This document shows, piece after piece, positions 25,068-36,027 of a DNA stretch of 51,367 nucleotides. How positions within the stretch are numbered: position 1 is the first letter of the stretch; the number at the start of each line of letters is the position of its first letter. Made by a program: the position numbers and the translations under genes. The notes under the pieces are model-generated. The model did no database searches. It saw only the letters and a list, made by a program, of their open reading frames with translations, and had not been told where the DNA came from. This stretch comes from a virus (Duplodnaviria; Caudoviricetes): the IMG/VR virus record IMGVR_UViG_3300044638_002968, positions 1 to 51,367 of that record, one strand, 5' to 3'.

Positions 25068-28000
25068 TTAGTTACGATCTTCCATCGCCTTGACCCGTTC
25101 ATTGAGCACTTGCATCCTGCGGGTGATCAGCTTTTCGACGGCTTGGATTGACTCTTTTGAAGCATCGCGCTCGAGCAGTGCCTTGCGGCGCTTGCGTAAC
25201 TCCTGAACATCCTTGAAGGTCTTGTTAGCTAGAGGTAACAAGCGGGCTTCTGGATTCTCTTTAAGAAAGTCCCCAAGCGGCTCCTTGCGCTCCCTGCGGC
25301 CCGTGACCACGTTGTTCAACTCGTTCAGCTCCTTCATGTTCTTGTAGAACTTGTTGGACTCTGCTGCTGCGCTTTTCGTCTCGCCTACAAATCGGCCATA
25401 CAGGGGTATCTTGTAAGGCGGCAGCTCCTCACCAGTGATGGTCTTGTCGATGGTGGTTGTGAGCTTCACAAGCTCCCGGCCCACACCGCCAGTTGCTTGG
25501 CCGATCAGGTATTCGATCTGCTCTGGCGTAGGACTGATGACGCCCTGCCGATCCTTGTCGCCACCACTGGCGGCGTTTAGGAACTCAGCCAAGGCCGTGG
25601 TCAGGAAGTTAGCACCCTCTCGAGCCCGTGAGTAACCCGGCGTTGGGTTCAGGGAGAACATATCCTCCTTGGAGATCGGCTTGCCTGTGAAGTCCTTGTT
25701 CTCACCAAGCGCAACCAACGGGTCAAGGATAGTTGGAGTAATGGTCTGCACCGACCAGCCAGCGTTACCTACTGGGTTGAAGGCATCAAGGAACAAGCCA
25801 GTCAAATCCGTGACGCGGCGAGCCGTATCGTCAAAGCCAGACATGGCCCACTCAGTCAAGATGCGCGAGATGCCCGGTATGACGTGAAATCCTAGAGGCA
25901 TCGGGAAGGCCACGTAATTGCCATTGCCAGTCGGGATCAGGATGTTCTTGGACCGGATGAACTCTGGCGGCTCCTCGTCATCGAATCCGGCAGCAGCCAA
26001 AAGCAAAGCCTGCATGGAGCCAAGCAGCAGACCGCCGGCCATGATCTTCTTACCCATCGGCCCCTTAAGGGTTTCGACCATGCGTGCAGAACCCTGCATA
26101 GAGGCGTTGAAGAACGCATACAGTGCGCCCATCTGCGTGGCTACGTCACCCTTGCGGTTGAAGTTCACAGTCAGGTTCTTTGCCAAGGACGCGGCCTTCT
26201 GCTTGGCCTCGCTGTCGCTGAAGCCTTCCTTTTTGAACTTCTCTTTGGCGACCTTGTAGGCCGACAGGCGGACGGCGTTTTCCAAAGAGTCGTTGTAGTC
26301 ACTAAGCCAGTCAAAGACAGCGCGAGCATCAGCCTTGGCCTTACCCTCGGTGATCTTCTCCATCTCGTTCAGCAAGGCCTCTGTGCGGTCCTGCGTGCGG
26401 CTAAAGTTGTCTCGGAAGCCTGTCTGCCCACCTTCGCTTTGAAACTCCTTCCAGAGCTTCGCCATGTCGCTGTCAACCGTCTCGCCCTTGCGGCGCTTTC
26501 TCAGGCTGGAGTAGATCGCTCCCATCGAAGGAATGACCAATTTAGCAATTTCCTTTTGCTGACCAGCCAGCTCCGTAGTGGAAAGCTGAAGTGCGCCAGC
26601 CTGAATGTCGCGCAAGAAGTTGTAAGGACCGAAGATTGGGTTGTACTGCGTGTTGACCGAAGCCATCCAGCGGGTAACCTTTGCGATCATGCCCAAGGTG
26701 GTGCCAAGGTCCTGTGCGTCAAGGTTCTTCAGCGCCGTAGCAGCGCGTGCAGAGCGAGGGTCTTTGGGGTTGAAGAGGACGTACCGCTTCTCGCCGTTGA
26801 CGCGAGTAGCCAAGACGAAATCGTTCTCGCGCAGCTTGGTGTTTACCCTGCTGATGACCTCGTTTTTCTTCGGGTCCAGCACGCGCTGCTTTGGCTCCTT
26901 CATTAAGAACTTAACTGCGTCCTCATCCAACCCCATGGCGCGAAGCTCGTCAATTGCATCTTGAGGAACCTTTTCTGCTTCAGGATTAATAGCCATCCAA
27001 AAGTCTGGGTTTGGAGCCTCCAAAGCAAGACCGTACACGGCCTGCGCAACACGGTTCTTTTCAGTCAGGGCGATGGCGTTGTTGCGAGCGGCGATCACGT
27101 TACCGATGATGTCCACCACGTTGCGCTTTGAGCCCATGGCCGAGCGGCTGAAGTCACGGCGAACGTCAAAGCCACGGCCAGTTCCAAAGCTGCCAAAGTT
27201 GTAGTCGAAGTCCATCTCCTCGCGCATCAGTGGAACGTAGTTAGGGAATGCTTTTTCCCAGCCCTCAACGGTCTCGGCCTTTTCGTAGCCAGTGTCCACC
27301 AGTAGTTTGCGCGTGCCCTTGGTGATGCCATCTACGCGCTTGGCTAACTCTTCGTACTTGGCCTTAGTGTCGGCGTCCAAATCAGCAAGGTACTTGCGTG
27401 CAGCCTCTGTGGTGACGCTAGAGCCGCCGTCTTGCATCTCAGGACGATTGGGATTGCGCTTGGCAACGAGCTTGTTGTAGTCCTCTGCATGGCGGTTGAG
27501 CAGGTACTTCTCCAACGCGCCAATGGTCACATCTTTCTTCTGCATGTCCTGCAAAAGAGGAAGCCACTCGTTATCTTGGAACAGCTTGGAAGCCTCAGCC
27601 GTGCGACCGTGGTACAGCTCCTCTTGCAGGTACGGGTTCCACCTCGTTGCAATCTCTTTGCCTGTGCTCTTGACGGCTTCTATGACGCGCTTAATGTCGA
27701 TGTTCTTGTCGAGCAGCTTGTAGATCAAGCCGTCTTGCAGTTCCATCTTGGGATCGGTCGTGATTGACCAAGTGCCAAGCACCGGCTCGCCAAAGATGTT
27801 CTGGCGGGTGGGGTTGACCTGCATGGCATTGATGTCTTGGACATCCGGATCGTAAGTTCCGATGTTGCCGGTGGCGGATTTAATTTGGGTGGGACTAAGT
27901 GCAATCCATGCAACTTGATTGTCAAATTCAGTGGAGCCCTCATTACCGCTGGCTTCAATCTTGATTCCATCCTTGCCCATAGACTTGAGCCAAGCACGAT

Positions 28001-31000
28001 AAGCCTCAACTTCTTCTGCACCAATTGGACGGCCATCATCCTTGCCGTTATGCAGCTTGCGTGCTCGGCTTGTCATCAACTGGAAAGTTGTAACCTGCGG
28101 GTTTTTGATCGACAAGTACACAGGGTAGATGACGCTTCCGGAATCACTTCCAGAGTACATCTCCGCACCACCTTCGCCGGGGTTGGTGCTGAACCAGCTC
28201 CCCACAGTGTCGATGGATGGACGGCGGAATCGAGTGGTAAACATCCGATCAAAGGCTTTAATGTCGCCCATGTCGGTGCCATCCCCCATGGGGCGAACAA
28301 AAGTTCCGTGGTAAACAACCATCGGCTCACCATTCTCATCCACCACCTTGCTGTTACCGAACCAGCGCTTGAAGGCTGGCGCGTTTGGTGCAGCCTGCAT
28401 TGCATTGATGTCAGCAGACCTGCCACCCAAAGAGTCTTGACGAATAACGGAAAAAAGTTCGCCAACATCTGAGGTGTATGTTGTCTTCACGTTGCGCGGA
28501 TCGTCAAGTCGGGCATAGGAGAAAACAAAGGCATCCTCGTCATCTGTGGCGTCCGGCTCTTCCTCTTTGCTGACGCCGAAATACTCGCCATCGACGTTGG
28601 CGATGTAGTCCCAGTCTTGCCACAGGCTGAATGAGTTACTGTCGGTGACGCGCTTAAGCTTGTCGTTAGGCTTCTTCAGTAGCTTCCTTGCTTCATACAG
28701 GTTGTATGCCTCTGGCCCACCGGGGAAGTCGCCAATCTCCGTGTTGTCACGCACGTCCTCATCCATTGCAGCAATGGCGTCGGCGTCCTTGTAAATCTGG
28801 CTTTTGTTTTTGGCAGTTACTTCTCTAGTACCTCGATCTTCGAGTCGCGCAGTTCCGCTGACGCCAGCGCGTTCTTCGCCAGCATCGGGTTGAACTGCTG
28901 CACCTTCAACAGCTCTTGCGGGCTGAATTTTGATTCCAGCAGTGCTTGTCTTTGTTGTGCCTGTTGCTCTTGCTGCTTGCGATTCATTTTGAATCCTTTC
29001 GACAATGGATTGAATTTGTGAGTATGCCTCTGGCGCGTTCGTTTGTAAATCCACAGGAGATACAAAATAATAGGCAAACGCTTGAGCGAATGTCTCTTCT
29101 TTGGGTCGCACCCTTCCCTTGAATTGCGGTGCAAACGGATACGCCATTGGGTGCTGAAGCTTATTCGCGCTACTGGTGTACCAGCGCTGCAACTCTGTGT
29201 AAGCCTTGGTCCAGCCCGCCTTCTCGGATGGCTTGCCGCCAGCCGTGTCTACCGCATGAGCAAGCTCGTGAATTAGGGTTTGCAGCTTTTCTGATTTCGA
29301 TGAATCTTTCCACTTTTTGGCAATCATCAGTGAGCCGCCTGACGACATAACCGCAACCGCATCCATGCGAGTTGAGCCCGCAGCAGTGACGTTACCAAGC
29401 ACCGATGGAGGAAGGCCAAGATCAAGCGCATCGGACGCAAGCCCAGTAATCTCTCTTACCTGCACAGGAGTTAGGCCTGCCGGCTTTAAAAGCTGAGTCT
29501 TTTTGGCCGACCTCGCCATGAAGGGGGGGATGGGGAATCTAAGCTTTAAAGCAAAATTCTCCATGGCCTCCTTGCGCTCTTTCTCTAGACTGATTGCAAC
29601 AACCTTGGGTTCGGGCTCTGGTGCTGGAGATGGCTCGGGCTCTGGCTGATTGAAGATGTCACCAGTCGTGTCCTGACGACCTTCCTCGCGGGTCAACTCA
29701 AACTGACCAGCGCCAGCTTCGGACTCTTTGCGCACCTGCTCACGCTCATCAAGCTCAGGGGCCTTGGCTTTGCGCTCTTCCTCCTCAACCACTTGATCTT
29801 TGGTCGGGCTCTCAAGCTTCAGACGCTCCTCTTCCAAGCGCTTGCGCTCCTCAAGAAGACGAGCCTCGCGTTGGTTCAGCTCTGCTTCGCGGTCAAGCTG
29901 GGCTTTGCGTTTCTCGAAGTCAGCATCTGCCTTTTCTGCTTCGCGCTGTTCAGGAGTTCTATCCGCTTCTGGGGCGGCAGGCTCCTCAATAACTTGATCA
30001 AGCTCTCTTTGTTCATCGGCGGCATATTGAAGCTCCCTGTTAATTTCATCATCAGACAGTAAATCTTGAATCTGACGCTCAATCGACTCAATATCATTTT
30101 CAACTTGCTGGATGGCAAGCTCTGTTTCGTAGGTGTAGGGCTGGTTGTTGCGCAGCTTATCGCGGACGTATTCCGCCGACTCGCTGTTCACATAGTCGGG
30201 GCTATCCGGGCGCATCTTCACAGGCAAAAAGATGTCCAGCTTTCCGCTATCAACCATGTCTTCCATGGATGCACCGGGCTGACCCTTTGGTGCCTTTAAG
30301 TTCAGGAATGGGTTCTTGCCAACTTGGCGAGCACGGCCACCTAGCTCAGACAATTCCGCGTCTCTCAGTGCACCTCTCAGCACCTGAGTTAGGCTGGTTC
30401 CAGAAGTTCGCTTTGCAAGCTTATCGCGCTCTGCAACTGCAAGTTCTTGATCTTGCGTCAGCTTTTCAACCTCAGCCTCAACCTCTGGGATCATGGGTTG
30501 GGGTGTGCCTTCCATCCTGCCAAAGTTCTTGAGCTCTTTGCCCGTAAGTGGATCGACAGGTGGTGCTTCGCGAGCTTGCAGTTCTCCAAGCTCCATGTTT
30601 CCAACAACCACGTCGCGGCTCTCAACTGGAGGCAGCTCAGCCTGTCCAAACACACTGGTCTTTGTGGCCTCTGCGTCAGCTTCACGATTTCTCTTCAGGG
30701 TCTCGGCCTCTGAGCGCAGGCGTTCGATGTCGCGCTTGAGCACTTCGCGGAGTTGCTCGTCAATCCTGCCCAGCAGTTTCTTGGTTTCGGGCGTTTGATC
30801 ACCTTGCAGAAGGCGCTGCTTTTCCCGCTGAAGGAATGCGTAGTCGTCGCCAAGGGGAATTTCACCAACAGGCTCGGCGGCTGCACGTCTTTCGGTGACG
30901 GCTCTGGCCAATGGGTCCTCACGCCCTCCAAGCAAGGGGTCCTCAGGAACGCCAAGCAAGACGTCAGGCCTTGTTCCAGAAATGGATGGCCGCTTAGTGT

Positions 31001-32225
31001 ATGGGTCGGGCGTCGGCTGTTGTAATGATTCTGGCGGGGGCACGCCCTGACCACTTGGTACAAGTGGAGGATTCTTGGCGCCCTCTTCGGCAATGCGCTT
31101 TGCTTCCTCCTCCTCCTTGAGAATCCTGCCAGCTTCGGTGCGAGCCTGCCCCCTGAGCATGTCTTGTGTTGTTGAGTATGCGGCAGCAGGAACCGATGCG
31201 GCAGAGCCACCAAGCTCACCGAGCATCTCTGCGCCAACATCCTCAAGATTAACTTTGCCATATGCAGCCAGTTGGCCGGCAGCCTCGGATGCACCGCCGC
31301 CAGCCGTTTCAATACCCACAGCGCCAGCGCCACGACCAACCTTTTGCAAGGGCGTCCTAGCCTTCAAAAGCTCATCTGCACGCTTTGCAATTTGCGCAGC
31401 ATCAGCAACATCGCCAAGCTCTTTTCGTGCAGCATCAATAGCAGAGCGCCGCGCACCAGTAGCAAATTTACCAGCACCAACAGTCATCAAGGAATCAACA
31501 GCAGCAGTGGTGACGCCCTTGGTTCTTGCTTCACTGATTGCCTGCTCAACAACCGTCTTGTCGCGTAGCAGCGCGGCAATATTTTCCTCTGTGGGTGGAA
31601 GCCCTCGCTCACTAAGCTTTTCACTGATGCGGCCAATGAACTCAGAGCCAATCTCAAGAGGAACGCCAGCAGCAAAACCGCCACCAATAGCTCCAGCAGC
31701 AGCACCAACAGCCGCGCCACCGGGGCCAGCCAGAGAGCCAGCCAAAGCGCCGCCCTTGCCGCCAGCGATCATGCCTGCGATCTGAGGGGCCATGTTTGCT
31801 GCGCTCGAGGCGGTCAGGTAAACAGCGCCCTTGGGGTTGGTAATGACTTGCTTGCCAAATTCCAGCAAGAAGCCAGCAAAGGGACCAATGCTTTCAGTGA
31901 ATCCCTTGGCCTTTTCAAACGCTTCAGCTTCATCCTTGAAAGCGGTCTGAGCCTCAACCAATTCCTTGGGCTGTACGCTCGGCTTCATAGAAAGCTGCTC
32001 AGACAGAACCTTGGCCTTGTCCTCGCCAACATTGCCAGCAATGACAGACGGGGAGACCTGAGCGGCGCCAATGGCACGCTTGCCACCTTCGACAAGCAAG
32101 CTACCTACGTTGGAGAAGAAGCCCTTGTCCTTGACTGGTTTTTCATCGAACAGATCGGCGCTAAAGTCGCGTCCACCTTTACCCTCGGGGCTAAACAGCT
32201 CCGAGCTGAGATCACGTCCAGCCAT
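25068..32225 (-). CDS. Giant polyvalent internal virion (ejection) protein: zincin-like HExxH domain, ADP-ribosyltransferase-like domain, LPD38-like C-terminus
   Basis: 2385 aa; LIHELAHAVD...EETFAQAF; FKRWFGNSKVVDENGEPMVVYHGT...WFST...YPVYLSIKNP...QIKSATGNIGTYD; NLTVNFNRKG...LYAFFNAS. Confidence 0.8.
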   Translation of the reverse strand: MAGRDLSSELFSPEGKGGRDFSADLFDEKPVKDKGFFSNVGSLLVEGGKRAIGAAQVSPSVIAGNVGEDKAKVLSEQLSMKPSVQPKELVEAQTAFKDEAEAFEKAKGFTESIGPFAGFLLEFGKQVITNPKGAVYLTASSAANMAPQIAGMIAGGKGGALAGSLAGPGGAAVGAAAGAIGGGFAAGVPLEIGSEFIGRISEKLSERGLPPTEENIAALLRDKTVVEQAISEARTKGVTTAAVDSLMTVGAGKFATGARRSAIDAARKELGDVADAAQIAKRADELLKARTPLQKVGRGAGAVGIETAGGGASEAAGQLAAYGKVNLEDVGAEMLGELGGSAASVPAAAYSTTQDMLRGQARTEAGRILKEEEEAKRIAEEGAKNPPLVPSGQGVPPPESLQQPTPDPYTKRPSISGTRPDVLLGVPEDPLLGGREDPLARAVTERRAAAEPVGEIPLGDDYAFLQREKQRLLQGDQTPETKKLLGRIDEQLREVLKRDIERLRSEAETLKRNREADAEATKTSVFGQAELPPVESRDVVVGNMELGELQAREAPPVDPLTGKELKNFGRMEGTPQPMIPEVEAEVEKLTQDQELAVAERDKLAKRTSGTSLTQVLRGALRDAELSELGGRARQVGKNPFLNLKAPKGQPGASMEDMVDSGKLDIFLPVKMRPDSPDYVNSESAEYVRDKLRNNQPYTYETELAIQQVENDIESIERQIQDLLSDDEINRELQYAADEQRELDQVIEEPAAPEADRTPEQREAEKADADFEKRKAQLDREAELNQREARLLEERKRLEEERLKLESPTKDQVVEEEERKAKAPELDEREQVRKESEAGAGQFELTREEGRQDTTGDIFNQPEPEPSPAPEPEPKVVAISLEKERKEAMENFALKLRFPIPPFMARSAKKTQLLKPAGLTPVQVREITGLASDALDLGLPPSVLGNVTAAGSTRMDAVAVMSSGGSLMIAKKWKDSSKSEKLQTLIHELAHAVDTAGGKPSEKAGWTKAYTELQRWYTSSANKLQHPMAYPFAPQFKGRVRPKEETFAQAFAYYFVSPVDLQTNAPEAYSQIQSIVERIQNESQAARATGTTKTSTAGIKIQPARAVEGAAVQPDAGEERAGVSGTARLEDRGTREVTAKNKSQIYKDADAIAAMDEDVRDNTEIGDFPGGPEAYNLYEARKLLKKPNDKLKRVTDSNSFSLWQDWDYIANVDGEYFGVSKEEEPDATDDEDAFVFSYARLDDPRNVKTTYTSDVGELFSVIRQDSLGGRSADINAMQAAPNAPAFKRWFGNSKVVDENGEPMVVYHGTFVRPMGDGTDMGDIKAFDRMFTTRFRRPSIDTVGSWFSTNPGEGGAEMYSGSDSGSVIYPVYLSIKNPQVTTFQLMTSRARKLHNGKDDGRPIGAEEVEAYRAWLKSMGKDGIKIEASGNEGSTEFDNQVAWIALSPTQIKSATGNIGTYDPDVQDINAMQVNPTRQNIFGEPVLGTWSITTDPKMELQDGLIYKLLDKNIDIKRVIEAVKSTGKEIATRWNPYLQEELYHGRTAEASKLFQDNEWLPLLQDMQKKDVTIGALEKYLLNRHAEDYNKLVAKRNPNRPEMQDGGSSVTTEAARKYLADLDADTKAKYEELAKRVDGITKGTRKLLVDTGYEKAETVEGWEKAFPNYVPLMREEMDFDYNFGSFGTGRGFDVRRDFSRSAMGSKRNVVDIIGNVIAARNNAIALTEKNRVAQAVYGLALEAPNPDFWMAINPEAEKVPQDAIDELRAMGLDEDAVKFLMKEPKQRVLDPKKNEVISRVNTKLRENDFVLATRVNGEKRYVLFNPKDPRSARAATALKNLDAQDLGTTLGMIAKVTRWMASVNTQYNPIFGPYNFLRDIQAGALQLSTTELAGQQKEIAKLVIPSMGAIYSSLRKRRKGETVDSDMAKLWKEFQSEGGQTGFRDNFSRTQDRTEALLNEMEKITEGKAKADARAVFDWLSDYNDSLENAVRLSAYKVAKEKFKKEGFSDSEAKQKAASLAKNLTVNFNRKGDVATQMGALYAFFNASMQGSARMVETLKGPMGKKIMAGGLLLGSMQALLLAAAGFDDEEPPEFIRSKNILIPTGNGNYVAFPMPLGFHVIPGISRILTEWAMSGFDDTARRVTDLTGLFLDAFNPVGNAGWSVQTITPTILDPLVALGENKDFTGKPISKEDMFSLNPTPGYSRAREGANFLTTALAEFLNAASGGDKDRQGVISPTPEQIEYLIGQATGGVGRELVKLTTTIDKTITGEELPPYKIPLYGRFVGETKSAAAESNKFYKNMKELNELNNVVTGRRERKEPLGDFLKENPEARLLPLANKTFKDVQELRKRRKALLERDASKESIQAVEKLITRRMQVLNERVKAMEDRN

Positions 32226-32234
32226 ACAGGCTCC

Positions 32235-34061
32235 TTATTTGATTTCGTAGCCGCGTGCTTTTGCGGCTTCAATAACTTGCTGTGGTGTTTTACCACTAGA
32301 TTTTGCTGTTGCCAATACATCGGCTTGCGTCATTACCTTTGATTCACCGCCGCCGCCACCTTCGGCATTTTCCAATTTAGTGCGAAGCTCCTTAAGTTTA
32401 GTTCTTGCGAACCTCTTCTCTTCTTCGCTTGTATCACTCATTGGATCAAGGTCCTTCGAGTAACCGGCAATCAGAGTCTTCAACCGCGTAATGTCATTGC
32501 GCTCACCACCAACACCAGCGGCAGAGCCGCTACTGGCAGTCAGACGAGCATCAGCCCTTCTGCGTAGTGCGTCAGCCTGAGCTTTTTCACCCTTGTCCTC
32601 AAGGGCAAAAACCTGATCCATCATCTTCAAGTATTCCGAGCGAACCATAGAGGCTGAACCGGGCTGAGTACGCTCGGCGCGGCGCTCGGCATTGCGGAGT
32701 TTTTCCACCTCAAGATTGTTGAGTCTGTTCGCGGCCAACTCCGCCGCATCAATATCTTTGTTGCGCATCTGACCCAAGGTCTCTGTGCGCTGACGATTTG
32801 CTGCCGCCGCACTTTCCTCGGATTTACCGAACAAGCCGCTTCCAAACTTGTATCGCTCCTTACCAGTGGCAAGGTTTTCCTTGTTGAGGGCATTGATGGC
32901 GTTAAGCGCCTCACGCTGGTTTGCCATGTCCATCTCATAAGTCTCGCGACCGGCACGCTCACCTGCGGCACTGGCACCACCGTAGCCCTGACCGAAGCCA
33001 CGCAACGTAGCGCCAAGCTCCTCCATTGGGCGACGCTTGGCAAAGTCCGCCTGACGCTGTTTCATCAAAGCCAGCAGACCGCGCTCTTCCTCGCCAAACT
33101 TCTTGTCCAAGCCGTACTGGGAGGCAAATTTACCCTCTTGCGCCATGGCCTCTTCTGGGGTCATGGCTTTGGCTTTTTCGCGAACAGCCTCCATTGACAG
33201 TTTTGCCACTTCGTCTTGCGGACTCATGGAGGCAGCAGCAGCGGGCAGTCCGGTTTGTGGTGCGGCAGCAGCAGGTGCTGGAGCAGGGGCTACCGGTGGT
33301 CTGGGTGCAGCGGGGCGCGGCTTGGCAGGCGGTACGGCAGCTTGCGGGCCAGCGGCAGCAGTTGCTCGCGCCTCAGATACCGAAGCGGGGGCGGAAGGGC
33401 GAGCGGGAGGCGCTTTTGGCAAAGACGTAGCACCCGATGACTTAACCGCTTCAAGTTGCGCACGCACCTCCTCTGCTTTGGGTGATTGAGCGTTGGTCAA
33501 AAAGGCCAGTTTTTGCTCAAGCTCTGCAATTAGTTTTGCCTTCTGCCTTTCAGAAGAATTCATATTTCGCTCAGAGATAGCCATTTCAGAAGCTTGGCTT
33601 GCTAACTCTTGCTGCTCAAAGCTTGGCGTACCCATGGTGTCGCCGCCCGATTGAAACGCAATGATGCCGCCACCAGCATACTCAAACATATCCGAGCGCA
33701 CAGGGATGGAGGCCAGACCACCGCGAGCCATCATTGCTTCGGGCTGCTGCTCTGGCTGCGGAACACCAGCAGGTGTCGGGATTGGGCCGCGAGGCTGTGC
33801 TTGCTGCTGAGCAACTTGCTGCTGCTGCATCTGCTGAAGAGCCATCAATCCAGCCTTCTGCTCAACCTGCTCCTTGATGCTGGGCTGCGGAGCTTGCTGA
33901 CCGCCCTGCGCAGTAGCCATCTGCTTTTGCGACAGCTCGCGGCGCTGCAACTCACCCAGCGCCAAGTAAGGAGGCACCTCAGGGTTCATGCCGTTGGCAT
34001 ACTGCTGCACCACCTGCATCGGCAGGTCTTTCAGGCGTTCGTTGATCTGTACGAGGTTCAT
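32235..34061 (-). CDS. Probable internal virion/ejection protein
   Basis: Q/A-rich, PPYLALGELQRR and MARGGLA..YAGGGIIAF motifs; position in the late operon. Confidence 0.6.
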   Translation of the reverse strand: MNLVQINERLKDLPMQVVQQYANGMNPEVPPYLALGELQRRELSQKQMATAQGGQQAPQPSIKEQVEQKAGLMALQQMQQQQVAQQQAQPRGPIPTPAGVPQPEQQPEAMMARGGLASIPVRSDMFEYAGGGIIAFQSGGDTMGTPSFEQQELASQASEMAISERNMNSSERQKAKLIAELEQKLAFLTNAQSPKAEEVRAQLEAVKSSGATSLPKAPPARPSAPASVSEARATAAAGPQAAVPPAKPRPAAPRPPVAPAPAPAAAAPQTGLPAAAASMSPQDEVAKLSMEAVREKAKAMTPEEAMAQEGKFASQYGLDKKFGEEERGLLALMKQRQADFAKRRPMEELGATLRGFGQGYGGASAAGERAGRETYEMDMANQREALNAINALNKENLATGKERYKFGSGLFGKSEESAAAANRQRTETLGQMRNKDIDAAELAANRLNNLEVEKLRNAERRAERTQPGSASMVRSEYLKMMDQVFALEDKGEKAQADALRRRADARLTASSGSAAGVGGERNDITRLKTLIAGYSKDLDPMSDTSEEEKRFARTKLKELRTKLENAEGGGGGESKVMTQADVLATAKSSGKTPQQVIEAAKARGYEIK

Positions 34062-34070
34062 CTTGCTTCC

Positions 34071-36017
34071 TTAACCGACTGGAGCGGGTGTTGGTGCTGG
34101 TGTGGGTGCTGTCTGGCCGAGGTTTGCCAAGTTGTCGTACAGCTTCTGTAGGTCCGCAAGACCCGCGCCGATCCGGCCCAACTCTGTGGTGTTGCTTGTG
34201 GTTGCTGTTGTTGTGACCGGAAGCCCTTGCAGCAAGTCTTTTTGGTACTGTGGCATTTTGTACATGAAGTCGCGCTGCTCTTCAAACTGCGCCTTGTCGG
34301 CGGCCATGCCTTCGGAGGTAATGCCGCGCTGGACAGCACCCAGACCGGACAACTGGTCAATGCTCTTCATGCCGAAGTTTGCGCCAAACTGACGAGAGGC
34401 TTCTTCATCGCCGCGCTCTTTGGCGTACTGCTGTTGAGCCAGATCGTAGGCAGTCTTGTAGCCCGTACCAAGCACATCTTGCTGCTTGTCCAGCAGGTTG
34501 CGGCGACCCTCGGACTCCATGATGGCCTGACGACTACCACCGAACGCACCAGCTCTGGTCAATCGACCAGCATCCTGCACCCGAGCGATCTCCGACTGGC
34601 GCTGCAATTCGCGCAACTGCGGGTCGAGCGATGCTTGCAGGTACGGGTTCATGTACTGCTGGGCTACCTGCGGTGTAAACGAACCAGTGAACTGCCCCGG
34701 TGTGTAACCTGCTTGCGCCATCTCGCTACTGCCTGCAAAAGCCTGCTGCTGGAGGTCGGACGCGCCAGCGGTAAGGGGGCCTGTGTACGCCTGATACGGG
34801 GCTTTGGCAGCCGCAGCACCCTCGGCAAGGTAGTTGGTGACGTAATCCCCAGCCCAAGGTGATAGCTGCGAAGACGCGGAGCTTCCGTAGGGAATGACGC
34901 CGCTGGTCGATGGAGTTGGCGCTGCTGGAGTGGCGGGGGCGGGGGCTGTTACAAGGTCCCCGGCAGCAAACTTTTGCACCGCCCCGCCGACGGCGTAAGC
35001 AGCAGCCAAGCCGCCCATGGTGAACTCGTCAGGGTTGATTTCCTTACCCTGTTCGGTCGTGCCGGTTCGAGCCTGACGGATTCGATTCATCATCTCGTAG
35101 AGCTTTTGAGCGCCAGCATCAGAGTTACCGTTGCCCAGATGAGATACCACGTCAGCCGGAATGACAAACTCTCCGTGGCTAAGCGCAGCAGGTTGCTCAC
35201 CATCAATGCTACTTGGAATTTTGTCAGCCATTCCATCTGTTTCTCCTTGCAGGTAACGCCCTGCATCAGCCAATCCACCTTCAGCCATGTTGATTCCACC
35301 TTGTGCGTTGAGTTGGGTTGGGATTTCTGGAAGGCCTGCACCAGAGGTTGGGGCTGGGCGCTGTTGTGCATAGGCTAAGTTCATCTTGCCAGCGTAGGGA
35401 TTGGGCGCTGGCGCTGAGGCAGGTTGCGCTGCAGCTTGTAGGCCTGCAGCTTGTTGAGCGGAGGCGGCCTTTGCGGCAGCTAGAGCCTCTGCGTTACCTT
35501 GCGGCACATACTGGGTGTCGGTGAAATACTGCCGACCAGTAGATCCGGGAGCGCGGTTGGGATCGTTATATTGAACTTGCTCGCGCACGGCCTCAAGCTT
35601 GGGGATAGGCTTGTTGTATCCGCCAGTCTCGACTTTGTTTCCGCCCGTAAGCATCTTCAAGGCGGCGGCGGCAGTCCCCAAGCCAGCCAAATTTACTGAA
35701 TTAGTTTTTGGATCAAACAAATACTTCTTAAGGAATGCCCCAGCTTTATCGCCCAAACCTGCTGTGGCTGCATTGGCAATTGCTTTTAAGCTTGGGTCGG
35801 TGATACTACTAAGCTTGCCAAGTTCTTCACTGGTTAGGTCGGCATAACCAGACCAATCCGGCTCCTCAAAGCCATATCCGCTTCCGCCAAAAGTGTAATT
35901 TAGTAAGTCATCATCAAAACCGTACCCACTACCGCCGTAGCTGTAATTCATCGGATCATCAATGCTGGTACCGTAATAACGAGTCCCAACGTCTTCGCCT
36001 TCATCTTCGAGTGCCAT
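34071..36017 (-). CDS. Probable internal virion/DNA-transfer protein
   Basis: YLQGETDGMADKIP...ALSHGEFVIPADVV and QQYMNPY...AGAFGGSRQA motifs. Confidence 0.65.
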   Translation of the reverse strand: MALEDEGEDVGTRYYGTSIDDPMNYSYGGSGYGFDDDLLNYTFGGSGYGFEEPDWSGYADLTSEELGKLSSITDPSLKAIANAATAGLGDKAGAFLKKYLFDPKTNSVNLAGLGTAAAALKMLTGGNKVETGGYNKPIPKLEAVREQVQYNDPNRAPGSTGRQYFTDTQYVPQGNAEALAAAKAASAQQAAGLQAAAQPASAPAPNPYAGKMNLAYAQQRPAPTSGAGLPEIPTQLNAQGGINMAEGGLADAGRYLQGETDGMADKIPSSIDGEQPAALSHGEFVIPADVVSHLGNGNSDAGAQKLYEMMNRIRQARTGTTEQGKEINPDEFTMGGLAAAYAVGGAVQKFAAGDLVTAPAPATPAAPTPSTSGVIPYGSSASSQLSPWAGDYVTNYLAEGAAAAKAPYQAYTGPLTAGASDLQQQAFAGSSEMAQAGYTPGQFTGSFTPQVAQQYMNPYLQASLDPQLRELQRQSEIARVQDAGRLTRAGAFGGSRQAIMESEGRRNLLDKQQDVLGTGYKTAYDLAQQQYAKERGDEEASRQFGANFGMKSIDQLSGLGAVQRGITSEGMAADKAQFEEQRDFMYKMPQYQKDLLQGLPVTTTATTSNTTELGRIGAGLADLQKLYDNLANLGQTAPTPAPTPAPVG

Positions 36018-36027
36018 TTTGATTCCT

